A stretch of 32,406 nt of DNA from Candidatus Moraniibacteriota bacterium (GCA_052034935.1 JBPOIB010000003.1:1-32406), one strand, 5' to 3'; numbered from the stretch's first letter, positions 1 through 8,261 are shown. Translations and numbers: made by a program. Notes: generated from the sequence alone by a model not told the origin.

Positions 1-1780
1 CTGCTTTGGGCTCGGCGGCTTTTTTCTTGGCCGCTTTGGCAGATTTACTCGCTTCCGCAATCGCTTTCATCGCATCGACGACCTTATCTTTTTCCTCTTC
101 GGTGTAGGCGTAACGAATGTCTTTTCCTTTTTGGAGACGATAGAGTGGCGGCTGAGCGATATAGATATATCCACCTCGGACGAGCTCTTCGTAGTAACGA
201 TAGAAAAAAGTGAGGAGCAGTGTCCGAATATGCGAACCGTCGACGTCGGCATCCGCCATGATGATGACTTTATGGTAGCGCAGCCGGCTCATATCAAACG
301 TCTCACCGATACCGACGCCAAGCGCGATGATGATCGGCTTCAGAGTATCCGACTTCACCACTTTGTCGATCGTCGTCTTTTCGACGTTCACGAGCTTGCC
401 ACGGAGTGGAAGAATTGCCTGAAACTCGCGATTACGACCTTGCTTGGCGCTGCCACCGGCCGAGTCTCCCTCGACGATGTACACTTCGGAACGGCTCGCG
501 TCCCGGCTCGAACAATCAGCAAGCTTGCCTGGAAGTGTCATCCCCTCAAGAGCGCCCTTACGAATCACCGCGTCTTTGGCAGCCCGCGCCGCAATCCGGG
601 CGCGAACGGTCAGGACACACTTGTCGATGATGTTGCGCGCGTCGGCCGGATGAGTTTCGAGGTATTCGGCAAAAGCTTCTGAGACAACGGTTTGCACGGC
701 GCCGCGCACTTCGGAATTATTGAGCTTATCCTTCGTCTGGCCCTCGAACTGCGGATTGGGAAGCTTGACCGAGACGACGGCAGTCAGACCTTCACGGAGA
801 TCATCCGAGGAGAAAGCGCCCTCCTTTTCCTTGATGAGATTGTTTTTCTTAGCGTAGTCATTCAAGACACGAGTCAAAGCCATCTTGAGCCCGGTCACAT
901 GCGTTCCGCCGCCTGGGTTCACGATATTGTTCGCAAAGGAAAAGAGATGCTCTTTGAAGCTGCCCGTATACTGGAGCGAAGCCTCGACGTAAATATCATC
1001 GATAGTCTTCTCGACATAAAACGGCGTCGCATTCTTCACTTCCTTGCCGCGGTTGAGGAACTTCACGAACGAGATGATACCAGAATCGAAATAGAAGCCG
1101 TGCCGGACCGCGAGATGGAGATCCGCCTCGGTCACCACTTTACGATGGTCTTCACAGAGAATCTTCACGCCTTTGGTAAGGAAGGCCTGGTAGCGGAGAT
1201 ACTCGAGAATCTTGCCCCAGCTATAGGCGATCTCGGGGAAAATTTCCGGATCAGCCTGGAAGGCGACGGTCGTACCGGTCTCGTCGGATTTGCCAATTGG
1301 CTTCACGTCTGCTTTCGGTTTCCCCTGCTTGTACTCCTGGAACCAGATTTTCCCCTGACGCCGGACGGTGACGCGAGTGATGGCCGAAAGTGCGTTCACG
1401 ACCGACACACCGACACCGTGGAGGCCACCGGAAATCTTGTAGCCTTCGCCGCCGAACTTGCCGCCCGCATGGAGGACGGTCAGTACGGTTTCGAGTGCCG
1501 ACTTCTTCGTTTGAGGATGAATATCGACCGGGATGCCGCGGCCATTATCGGTCACCTCGACCCAGTTATCCGGCAAAAGCTTCACGTGGATTTCACTCGC
1601 ATGCCCAGCCATCGCCTCGTCGATCGAGTTGTTCACTACCTCCCAGATGAGATGATGCAAACCTTCCGGTGACGTGCCACCGATATACATGCCTGGTCGC
1701 TTCCGGACCGGATCGAGCCCTTCGAGGACTTGAATCGATTTAGCGCCGTAACTCTCTTCGGTTGTCTTTGATTTGGCCAT
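1..1780 (-). CDS. gyrB: DNA gyrase subunit B (C-terminus truncated by window edge)
   Basis: Minus-strand frame is open from ATG 1780-1778 to position 1, so it is absent from the ORF track (no stop in window). My translation starts MAKSKTTEESYGAKSIQVLEGLDPVRKRPGMYIGG...HHLIWEVVNNSIDEAMAGH (GHKL ATPase). It later reads YHKVIIMADADVDGSHIRTLLLTFFYR...YIAQPPLY (Toprim). Confidence 0.95.
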   Translation of the reverse strand, partial: MAKSKTTEESYGAKSIQVLEGLDPVRKRPGMYIGGTSPEGLHHLIWEVVNNSIDEAMAGHASEIHVKLLPDNWVEVTDNGRGIPVDIHPQTKKSALETVLTVLHAGGKFGGEGYKISGGLHGVGVSVVNALSAITRVTVRRQGKIWFQEYKQGKPKADVKPIGKSDETGTTVAFQADPEIFPEIAYSWGKILEYLRYQAFLTKGVKILCEDHRKVVTEADLHLAVRHGFYFDSGIISFVKFLNRGKEVKNATPFYVEKTIDDIYVEASLQYTGSFKEHLFSFANNIVNPGGGTHVTGLKMALTRVLNDYAKKNNLIKEKEGAFSSDDLREGLTAVVSVKLPNPQFEGQTKDKLNNSEVRGAVQTVVSEAFAEYLETHPADARNIIDKCVLTVRARIAARAAKDAVIRKGALEGMTLPGKLADCSSRDASRSEVYIVEGDSAGGSAKQGRNREFQAILPLRGKLVNVEKTTIDKVVKSDTLKPIIIALGVGIGETFDMSRLRYHKVIIMADADVDGSHIRTLLLTFFYRYYEELVRGGYIYIAQPPLYRLQKGKDIRYAYTEEEKDKVVDAMKAIAEASKSAKAAKKKAAEPKA

Positions 1781-1786
1781 ACAGGT

Positions 1787-2176
1787 TTATTGAGAAATCG
1801 AGGGTCGATGGAATTGGCGGGATGTGAATTCGATGAGGAGGACGAGAGCGAGGAAGAGGAGCGCGCCCCACCAGGTCAGGTAGCGGAAGAACTGGGCCAC
1901 CGCGATCCCGGCGACAAAAATGCCGATAAGCCCCCCCTGCCGCAGGGCCCCGGGAAGATACGCCTCCGCGGCCCGCGAATCGAGAAAGCGTGTCGCAAGC
2001 CCGGCGAGCGTGAGGAAGACGAGTGCCGCCACCGAAGCCCAGAGTGAGAAGAAAAACAAGACCTGGCCCGGAGTGGTCAGCGTGAGCGGATCAACGCCGA
2101 AAATGAAAACGCCGAGGACCCCTAGGCCAGCGAGCGCGATGATTCGAGCAGTGATAATCGACGGAGAAAGCCGCAT
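1787..2176 (-). CDS. Hypothetical 4-TM membrane protein, immediately upstream of gyrB
   Basis: ORF 1787..2242. I prefer the start at the internal Met (MRLSPSII..., ATG 2176-2174) because a TTGCCA-17-TATACT promoter-like site lies inside the longer N-terminal extension. The sequence is strongly hydrophobic with about four predicted helices. No family recognised. Confidence 0.55.
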   Translation of the reverse strand: MRLSPSIITARIIALAGLGVLGVFIFGVDPLTLTTPGQVLFFFSLWASVAALVFLTLAGLATRFLDSRAAEAYLPGALRQGGLIGIFVAGIAVAQFFRYLTWWGALLFLALVLLIEFTSRQFHRPSISQ

Positions 2177-2213
2177 GCAAAAGGTACTTACATTCACAGT
2201 CACATATGCTTTC

Positions 2214-2242
2214 AGTATAAAGCTTTTCCGAGGCCTTGGCAA
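2214..2242 (-). promoter_or_regulatory. Sigma70-like promoter candidate for the membrane-protein/gyrB unit
   Basis: On the minus strand: TTGCCA (2242-2237), 17-nt spacer, TATACT (2219-2214). It lies directly downstream of the efp terminator. Confidence 0.35.
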
Positions 2243-2264
2243 GCGATATTAGGCTTTAAATAAA

Positions 2265-2300
2265 GGAAAAACCTGCTCATTTCCGGCAGGTTTCCTTGGT
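2265..2300 (-). terminator. Rho-independent terminator after efp
   Basis: The stem AAACCTGC / GCAGGTTT (2269-2276 with 2286-2293) has a 9-nt loop. On the minus strand it is followed by TTTTTCCTTTATTT. Confidence 0.6.
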
Positions 2301-2316
2301 TCGGTTTTGAATCGTT

Positions 2317-2880
2317 TTAGTCATTGGCCCGGGAAACATAGGTCCCCTTTTCCGTGTTCACAATCACTCGGTCACCCGCCTTCACGAAGAGAGGCGTCGT
2401 GAGCTGCATCCCCGTCTCGAGCGTCACCACTTTGTCACCACCCGAAGCCGTATCGCCCTTCAGTCCCGGCGGGGCATCAGCGACGGTGAAGGTCATCTTG
2501 ATCGGCAGTTCGACATTGAGCGGTTTCCCATTCCAGTTCAGCATCGTGACTTCGGTCCCATCGATGAGGTACTCCGCCAAGGGACCAAGCACACTTTTGT
2601 CGAGTGCGAACTGATCGTAGTCATCCATACTCATGAACGTATACTCGTCGCCGGCATGGTAGAGATACTGCGCTTTCGATTTGGTCACCTCAGCCTCATC
2701 AACCTTATCCTTGTCTTGGAAGGTATAGTCGATGATCGCTCCAGAGAGCAAATTCTTCAGCTTGGTACGCATGACCGCGCCGCCGCGGCCGAGAAAACTG
2801 TGCTGGTACTCGACGACGATATACGGCTCGTCGTTCCAGAGGATACGCTTGCCAGTCTTGATTTCAGTGAGATTGAGCAT
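2317..2880 (-). CDS. efp: Translation elongation factor P
   Basis: The 187-aa protein aligns along its full length with E. coli EF-P: EPYIVVEYQHSFLGRGGAVMRTKLKNLLSG versus [30 protein letters not shown]. It also has the C-terminal PPGLKGDTASGG and PLFV motifs. Confidence 0.95.
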   Translation of the reverse strand: MLNLTEIKTGKRILWNDEPYIVVEYQHSFLGRGGAVMRTKLKNLLSGAIIDYTFQDKDKVDEAEVTKSKAQYLYHAGDEYTFMSMDDYDQFALDKSVLGPLAEYLIDGTEVTMLNWNGKPLNVELPIKMTFTVADAPPGLKGDTASGGDKVVTLETGMQLTTPLFVKAGDRVIVNTEKGTYVSRAND

Positions 2881-2920
2881 GATGGGATCACTTTGTGTTT
2901 AGAGAGTCGTCAAAGACTGT

Positions 2921-3121
2921 CTATTTCACGACGTACGGGATGAGTGCCATAAACCGGGCGCGCTTGATCGCGAGCGAGAGGTTGCGCTGCTCAGTCGAGG
3001 TCAGGCCGAAACGCTTCGGAGGATAGATCTTCCCCTGTGAGTTGAGAAAACGGCGGAGAAAATAGGCGTCCTTGTAGTCGAGACGGCCGAGCTTCTTCCG
3101 GGAGTCTTGGTCGAGAGTCAT
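2921..3121 (-). CDS. rpsR: 30S ribosomal protein bS18
   Basis: 66 aa with DYKDAYFLRRFLNSQGKIYPPKRFGLTSTEQRNLSLAIKRARFMALIPY, the typical S18 core. It sits in the conserved rpsF-ssb-rpsR context. Confidence 0.9.
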   Translation of the reverse strand: MTLDQDSRKKLGRLDYKDAYFLRRFLNSQGKIYPPKRFGLTSTEQRNLSLAIKRARFMALIPYVVK

Positions 3122-3147
3122 AGTGTGTGCGAGATTACAAAATTGGT

Positions 3148-3627
3148 TTAAAACGGAACGTCTTCGATCTTGATTTCCTTCTCATCATCGAGGTTGATGG
3201 TCGGAATCTCCTCCTCCTGAACCGGTGCAGCATTTCTCTGTGCTGCCCCAGCATTCGACTGCGGACGCGGCGCGCTATTTCCACCGGCCGCGGAACCACC
3301 GGCCCGGGATCCAAGCTGCATATTCTCGCCGACGACTTCGGTCGTACGGCGCTGACTGCCGTCTTTCGCAGTATATTCCCGGGTCTGGAGTCGTCCTTCG
3401 ACGAAGAGTTCCTGACCCTTGGTTAGGTACTGGCCGGCGATTTCCGCCTGTCGGCCCCAGAGGATAACCGTATGGAACTCCGTCTTCTCCTGTTTCTGTC
3501 CACCCTTATCAGTCCAGAAATTATTCGTCGCCATGCCGATGGTTGCGACGCTTTGACCGGTCGGCGTCGTTCGGATTTCTGGATCCCGAGTGAGGCGCCC
3601 GACGAGGATGACTTTGTTCACGTTCAT
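3148..3627 (-). CDS. ssb: Single-stranded DNA-binding protein
   Basis: 159 aa. OB-fold N-terminus MNVNKVILVGRLTRDPEIRTTPTGQSVATIGMATN...FHTVILWGRQAE, then a Gly/Ala/Gln-rich linker and an acidic C-terminal tip ...KIEDVPF. Confidence 0.95.
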   Translation of the reverse strand: MNVNKVILVGRLTRDPEIRTTPTGQSVATIGMATNNFWTDKGGQKQEKTEFHTVILWGRQAEIAGQYLTKGQELFVEGRLQTREYTAKDGSQRRTTEVVGENMQLGSRAGGSAAGGNSAPRPQSNAGAAQRNAAPVQEEEIPTINLDDEKEIKIEDVPF

Positions 3628-3663
3628 AGCTTTTTTGCTAAGAATTTAGGCTGTGACTATGAT

Positions 3664-4206
3664 TTAGATATCAAGTTTCTCTTTGAGTTTGGCATCGATC
3701 TCTTCCTTGCTCACCTGCTTTGCCGGAGCGGCTGGAGTAGTGGGGGCTGCTGTCGGAGCGGCTGACTGGGCGGCCGGGGCATACCCAGTTGTGGGACGCT
3801 CGCGGCGAAAACCACCTCGGGCACGAGGATCCTTCTTGGTATACTCAGTACGCTCAATCGGCTTCAATTCAGGAAGCGAATCAGCACGGAGAATGAGCAC
3901 CCGGAGAATATTTTTCGAGAGCGCAAACTTCCGGTTAAGGCGAGTGATTGCATCTCCCTTGGCCATTTCGGCTTCGAATTCCTTTGAGGAAAGCTCGCTC
4001 TTGTCCGGCAAAGTGAAGCGGCGGGCGATATAAACGCCCCGAGTCTCGTCCTCAACTTCATAGGCAAGCTTCCGCTTATCCTGGGTTTCTGGAGCAAGGA
4101 ACTCAGCTCCTTCCTCCCGGCAGATTCCTTCGACCTCAGCACGGATCGCATCAAGCATTGGCTCTTTGCTCTCCCCGACGAGATAAAACAGTTCGTATTC
4201 ACGCAT
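3664..4206 (-). CDS. rpsF: 30S ribosomal protein bS6 with long Ala/Pro-rich C-terminal extension
   Basis: The N-terminal ~110 aa fit S6 (MREYELFYLV...KRKLAYEV...GVYIARRF...ILRVLILR). It is first in the rpsF-ssb-rpsR order. The tail RARGGFRRERPTTGYAPAAQSAAPTAAPTTPAAPAKQ...KLKEKLDI is extra. Confidence 0.88.
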   Translation of the reverse strand: MREYELFYLVGESKEPMLDAIRAEVEGICREEGAEFLAPETQDKRKLAYEVEDETRGVYIARRFTLPDKSELSSKEFEAEMAKGDAITRLNRKFALSKNILRVLILRADSLPELKPIERTEYTKKDPRARGGFRRERPTTGYAPAAQSAAPTAAPTTPAAPAKQVSKEEIDAKLKEKLDI

Positions 4207-4337
4207 ACCGCTTCGTACTTAAGAGTTTACAGATAACAAAAGCCCACAAACAATTTCGAAAGTCGTGGGACGGGCGGACTCCTATCTCTCGCAGGGCGAT
4301 GAGCGGGAATCACTCGGACTTTCTCTGTTGTCTCAAG

Positions 4338-4366
4338 AGGATACCAGAATCCCTTCTTTTTGGCAA
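4338..4366 (-). promoter_or_regulatory. Promoter candidate for the rpsF operon
   Basis: On the minus strand: TTGCCA (4366-4361), 17 nt, TATCCT (4343-4338). This would give a leader of about 125 nt. The -10 is weak. Confidence 0.3.
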
Positions 4367-4411
4367 GCCAACGTGATCGGCGCGAGAGGATTAATAAACG
4401 ACCGGTTTTTA

Positions 4412-4449
4412 TAAAAAAGAGAGGCTTTCGCCCCCTCCTCTCTTTTTTC
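4412..4449 (-). terminator. Rho-independent terminator after the 1247-aa surface protein gene
   Basis: The stem AGAGAGG / CCTCTCT (4418-4424 with 4437-4443) is flanked by an A-run and a T-run. The minus strand reads ...CCTCTCTTTTTTAT. Confidence 0.6.
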
Positions 4450-4461
4450 ACTGCCTATTAT

Positions 4462-7400
4462 TTATTGCCCGACCTCTTTCCAGTTGAAGTCGCAGGTCCG
4501 AGTACCGTTACAGACGATGGTGCCGCTGCAACCATCATTGATATTGAACGTATTACCGGCACAAGTATTGGCGGCGGTCGCCGCTGGGCCGGCATCGGTG
4601 CAGGCCGCGGTCGGGGTGCAGGAGACCGTGAAGCTTTCCGAGTCTGAGCTTGTCATATACGTCGCGGAGATATTCGTCGTGCCGCTCGCGACCGCTGTGA
4701 TAAGTCCCTTACTTCCCGCATTGTTCACGGTCGCGATGCCGGCGTTGGCGCTCGACCAGTTGATGCTCGGATCAGTGGTTACTTCGATTGCCCCGGCGAG
4801 ATTGCTGCAATTCACTGTGCCGCTTGTGACATAGTAGGCGCGCATCTGAGAAGTGGCTGTCGGAGCGACCGGAGCAGGTGTCGTCGGACAGAGTTTGAAA
4901 TCAGTCGGCGGCGCGACAATGACAGCTGTCGAATCGCCCGCATTACCAGAGACGCCGGTACAGCTTATGGTAAACGTATACGTCGTTCCTGGGCTAAGGG
5001 AATTTGCTGGGATAGTATAACTCCCGTTATTTATTGGCATTGGCGGCATTACGAGAGGAAACCCCGGAACAAACGAGCTCGGTGTTATCGTACAGGAGCT
5101 GACGCCAGAAGAGGTCCAGCCTAGATCGAGATTCTGATTCACAACGATACTCGCTGATCCGGAGGCCTGCACGACAGAGTGAGCGCCGCGAAGGTATTTC
5201 CACAGCTTCTGCCACCAGGTATCCGGTACAGACGAAACCACGGCCCCGGGAGTGGCGAAGACGCTCGCTCCGGCACCAGTACAGACAGAGCGATACGCTT
5301 TCGCCATACACATCCCCGTCTCATAGGTCGGAGCAAAGCCCTTGAACTTAGTCGAGGAGTCATAACACCGATACCCGCTCGCATAAGCGGACGAATCCCC
5401 GCCGGTGGCAACCGAGCCCGGACAGACATTCGGGATAAACCAGGTGACTTTTGTGGGATCGCAGATATCCTCCGTCCGAGAGTTATTCTGAACCTCGGCA
5501 AACCCATTCACGGAACCGATGTCTTCCCAAGCGCAGGCCGGACCACAGGCAAGTGTGACCGGTGCGCAGAAAGCGTCCGTATGTTCTTCATCGAGCCCTG
5601 TCCCCCATTGAAACCAGTTCACCCCGACCATGACGTGATTCGGCGGACAAAGCGTCTCTTTGAATGAGCTCGAGAGAACCGCCCCGGATCCGTTGACTCT
5701 CACTACCGGGGCACCGAGAGTCGTCCCAGCTGGCGGCGTCGCACAGTAGGCATCAATATGCTCTTCATCAACCGACGAAAAGACCCCGTACATCCGGGTC
5801 CCGACCATCACCTGGCCGGCTGGGCACATGACCGTTTTATCTCCCGGCCTCAGATCAGCAAACGCATTCGCCGCCTCATACCAGGCAGGCGAACCGAAAC
5901 CAGCCCCTAGCGGAGCACAGCGCGCCTCTTCATACTCCTCATCGACTTCGTTGTGATGCTGCCAGGAGCGTGTCCCAGTCATCACGTGACCGGCCGGACA
6001 AAGCGAGGTTTTGATCCGTTCGCTCACTCCTGAAGCCGCGCCGCCGAACCAGAAATTCGGAGTGGTCAGCCCGGCCCAAGCGTTCGCCCCGAGAACGCAG
6101 ATCGGCGGTGCGGGTGTCGCGCAGACTGGGATGGAACTGATTTCCGCCATCGTATGCCCGCTCAAGGGGTAACCAGCGCAGGTACCGGAGCAGATACCCG
6201 GCGCCGCGGTCGTATTCCACCAGCCCTGGTTATACGCTCCCGTGCTCGGATTCCTCACCCGATAAATATCGGCATTGAAACTGCAATTGACCGCACAAAC
6301 GTCGTTCGACTGGACCGTCGTCCCGGTGCGGCAAGCGGAACAGGAGAGGTCGGCAGAGCAGTAGCCCCGATTTCCTGTATAGGAATATGCGTTCATGGGA
6401 GCACAACTCACCGTACTGGGATTTGAATCAACGAAGGCGCGCTCTCCTGGAGCGCAATCTGTCATTACTGGCTCTCCCGCCACGCAATTCACTCCACCGC
6501 TCCAGACGGAATCACCGCAACCCGCCGGACTATAGCTAGAAGCAACAGTGAACGGAAGTGGCCCCTGATCCGTGGTACCTCCTGAACAACCACCCCAGCA
6601 ATTACCGATCATTTGTAAAAAAATACTACGAACACTATGAGGACCAGCGACAAGAGAAACCGGTATCGTAATCGATTGGTTTCCATTTCCTGAACCGCTC
6701 CCGCCCATAGGAACACTTGCAACGGTCGCGATGCCCTGACGAGTCAGTATGGGTTCTGAATCAAAAGCGGCATTTGTTCCAGAGGTGTTGAGTAGATAAC
6801 TGATCGTACAACTACCAGTACCTCGGGAATCTACATCACCAAACATGCTGACTGAACCGACAAGGGTCGCTGCCTCGCCCGGAGCATAAGGGGTTGCCTT
6901 GTTCATATTGACTGTACCGGTGCAGCTCCAGGCGACTTCAGAACTTCCGAATGTATCAGCTTGCAACGTGATCGCCGATGCCTGCGGCGCTGTCAATACG
7001 AATGCACCAGTACCGAAGAGAACAAAAGAAAAGAGGCTCAGCATACTCCGATGCCTCAACTGGTACCGGACAAGGATGCTAAGAGAGATAAGTAGGATGG
7101 CTCCAATAATCAGAAGTGCTCTCCAGTCGGATTTTTTACTGCCGGAAACTGCCATCGTAACGGGATGGACAGCCGCCTCTCCATCAACAGCTGCTGACTG
7201 CACATTGAATGGTTCTTCGAGCGAATCAAGGGCTTCACCCTGGGCATTCCGGAGCTTGAAGAGGGCTATGCCCACAGTACAAGTTGTTTCAATAGTTACC
7301 TCTTTAACCAGCCCCTCGCCAATTGCCGTCGCTTCACCACAAAGCTCTCCAGCCGTATCCTTCAATGCAACCGACACGACCGTTCCTTTCACGGGTGATG

Positions 7401-8205
7401 CTACCACTGACACGGTTGCCTGCATCTCGGCCGATTCGCTGGCAGCAGCAATGACGGCGTTCCGAATCTGCCCATAGCTTCCTGGCATACGGAATGGGAA
7501 ATAAGTCAGCCGGCCGGTCTCAACTTCTTCTATCGCTACCCAGTAGCGGCCAGCCGGAAGGTCTGGCGAAATCGTTTTGGCTGTGCCGCCGATAATGATC
7601 GCCTCATCCTTTCGGGTGGGTGGAACGAAGAGCGAGTGGGGGTAATACCGTATCGAGACCTCTCTTTCCTCTTTTTCCACGTAGCAAGCGAACGTTGGTT
7701 CTGATACCGAAGCCGCACAGCTTACTGGCTGACGAGAAGCTTCGGGCAGCTTTTTCTCAAGCACTTTCTGCGTACCGAGCGGCAGGCCATCGGTCGTTTC
7801 CGCCTGGACGAAAACCGTCACTATTCCACTGAGAAAACTGGGGAGGCGATAAGAAAACGGGATGGTCTTTATCTCTCCTTGTTGAACGGAGCTGACTTCG
7901 CTTTCAATCGGCTGGACATGGACGAGATTGCCGGCCTTATCCCGGACGATGACCGCGAACGCGATGCGGTTCTGCTGCCCCATATTGCCGAGGAGTGAAA
8001 ACGTCCCGCTCACGACCCCGTCAGCTTCAGCTGCCTGGACATCTCCGACATTGACATCGGCTACGACGAAACTTCTCACCTCTTCAGAAGCGCTCTGATC
8101 GGCAGCTAGCGACGACGAGACGCTCGCGGACTGAGCCAAGACCGCTACCGGGATGAAAAGAATGGAGGCACTGAAAAGAAACAGCGAAAGTATTCTTGGC
8201 AACAT
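4462..8205 (-). CDS. Large exported Cys-rich cell-surface protein (signal peptide, internal TM hairpin, 3x repeat module, Ig-like and Big_2-like domains)
   Basis: Single 1247-aa ORF with an N-terminal signal peptide MLPRILSLFLFSASILFIPVAVLAQSAS. Two hydrophobic segments lie at aa 361-379 and 388-411. I count about 40 Cys in aa 420-1247. There is an Ig-like segment (LGWTSSGVSSCTITP...TTYTFTISCTGVSGNAG) and a Big_2-like segment (INWSSANAGIATVNNAGSKGLITAVASGTTNISATY). Confidence 0.85.
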   Translation of the reverse strand: MLPRILSLFLFSASILFIPVAVLAQSASVSSSLAADQSASEEVRSFVVADVNVGDVQAAEADGVVSGTFSLLGNMGQQNRIAFAVIVRDKAGNLVHVQPIESEVSSVQQGEIKTIPFSYRLPSFLSGIVTVFVQAETTDGLPLGTQKVLEKKLPEASRQPVSCAASVSEPTFACYVEKEEREVSIRYYPHSLFVPPTRKDEAIIIGGTAKTISPDLPAGRYWVAIEEVETGRLTYFPFRMPGSYGQIRNAVIAAASESAEMQATVSVVASPVKGTVVSVALKDTAGELCGEATAIGEGLVKEVTIETTCTVGIALFKLRNAQGEALDSLEEPFNVQSAAVDGEAAVHPVTMAVSGSKKSDWRALLIIGAILLISLSILVRYQLRHRSMLSLFSFVLFGTGAFVLTAPQASAITLQADTFGSSEVAWSCTGTVNMNKATPYAPGEAATLVGSVSMFGDVDSRGTGSCTISYLLNTSGTNAAFDSEPILTRQGIATVASVPMGGSGSGNGNQSITIPVSLVAGPHSVRSIFLQMIGNCWGGCSGGTTDQGPLPFTVASSYSPAGCGDSVWSGGVNCVAGEPVMTDCAPGERAFVDSNPSTVSCAPMNAYSYTGNRGYCSADLSCSACRTGTTVQSNDVCAVNCSFNADIYRVRNPSTGAYNQGWWNTTAAPGICSGTCAGYPLSGHTMAEISSIPVCATPAPPICVLGANAWAGLTTPNFWFGGAASGVSERIKTSLCPAGHVMTGTRSWQHHNEVDEEYEEARCAPLGAGFGSPAWYEAANAFADLRPGDKTVMCPAGQVMVGTRMYGVFSSVDEEHIDAYCATPPAGTTLGAPVVRVNGSGAVLSSSFKETLCPPNHVMVGVNWFQWGTGLDEEHTDAFCAPVTLACGPACAWEDIGSVNGFAEVQNNSRTEDICDPTKVTWFIPNVCPGSVATGGDSSAYASGYRCYDSSTKFKGFAPTYETGMCMAKAYRSVCTGAGASVFATPGAVVSSVPDTWWQKLWKYLRGAHSVVQASGSASIVVNQNLDLGWTSSGVSSCTITPSSFVPGFPLVMPPMPINNGSYTIPANSLSPGTTYTFTISCTGVSGNAGDSTAVIVAPPTDFKLCPTTPAPVAPTATSQMRAYYVTSGTVNCSNLAGAIEVTTDPSINWSSANAGIATVNNAGSKGLITAVASGTTNISATYMTSSDSESFTVSCTPTAACTDAGPAATAANTCAGNTFNINDGCSGTIVCNGTRTCDFNWKEVGQ
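5560..6099 (-). repeat. Three tandem ~60-aa protein repeats inside the surface protein (aa ~703-882)
   Basis: The cores are LCPAGHVMTGTRSWQHHNEVDEEYEEARCAP, MCPAGQVMVGTRMYGVFSSVDEEHIDAYCATP and LCPPNHVMVGVNWFQWGTGLDEEHTDAFCAP. The repeats have diverged at the DNA level. Confidence 0.75.
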
Positions 8206-8261
8206 AGGTAAAAGTATGGTTTTCTTTTGCTTTTATCATAACACAGCTCGGTGTGAAAAAT

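Noticed and set aside
692-1672. Long plus-strand ORFs antisense to housekeeping genes (692..1672 and 131..682 over gyrB; 14546..15625 over ftsK; 16338..17675 and 17904..18746 over rpoC; 20360..21205 and 21860..23224 over rpoB; 28069..29289).
   Set aside because: Each lies fully inside a confidently identified minus-strand gene and is rich in Arg, Leu and Asp/His-type low-information sequence. None has a recognisable motif. These are typical shadow ORFs of codon-biased genes.
4227-4451. 74-aa minus-strand ORF (and the 4158..4376 plus-strand ORF) in the rpsF upstream spacer.
   Set aside because: It starts inside the terminator hairpin of the upstream gene. It is highly basic and low in complexity, with no motif or RBS. 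This is more likely non-coding leader or promoter DNA.
4462-4700. Diversity-generating retroelement targeting the C-terminus of the surface protein.
   Set aside because: I could find no reverse transcriptase gene and no template-repeat copy of the 3' end of the gene anywhere in the window.
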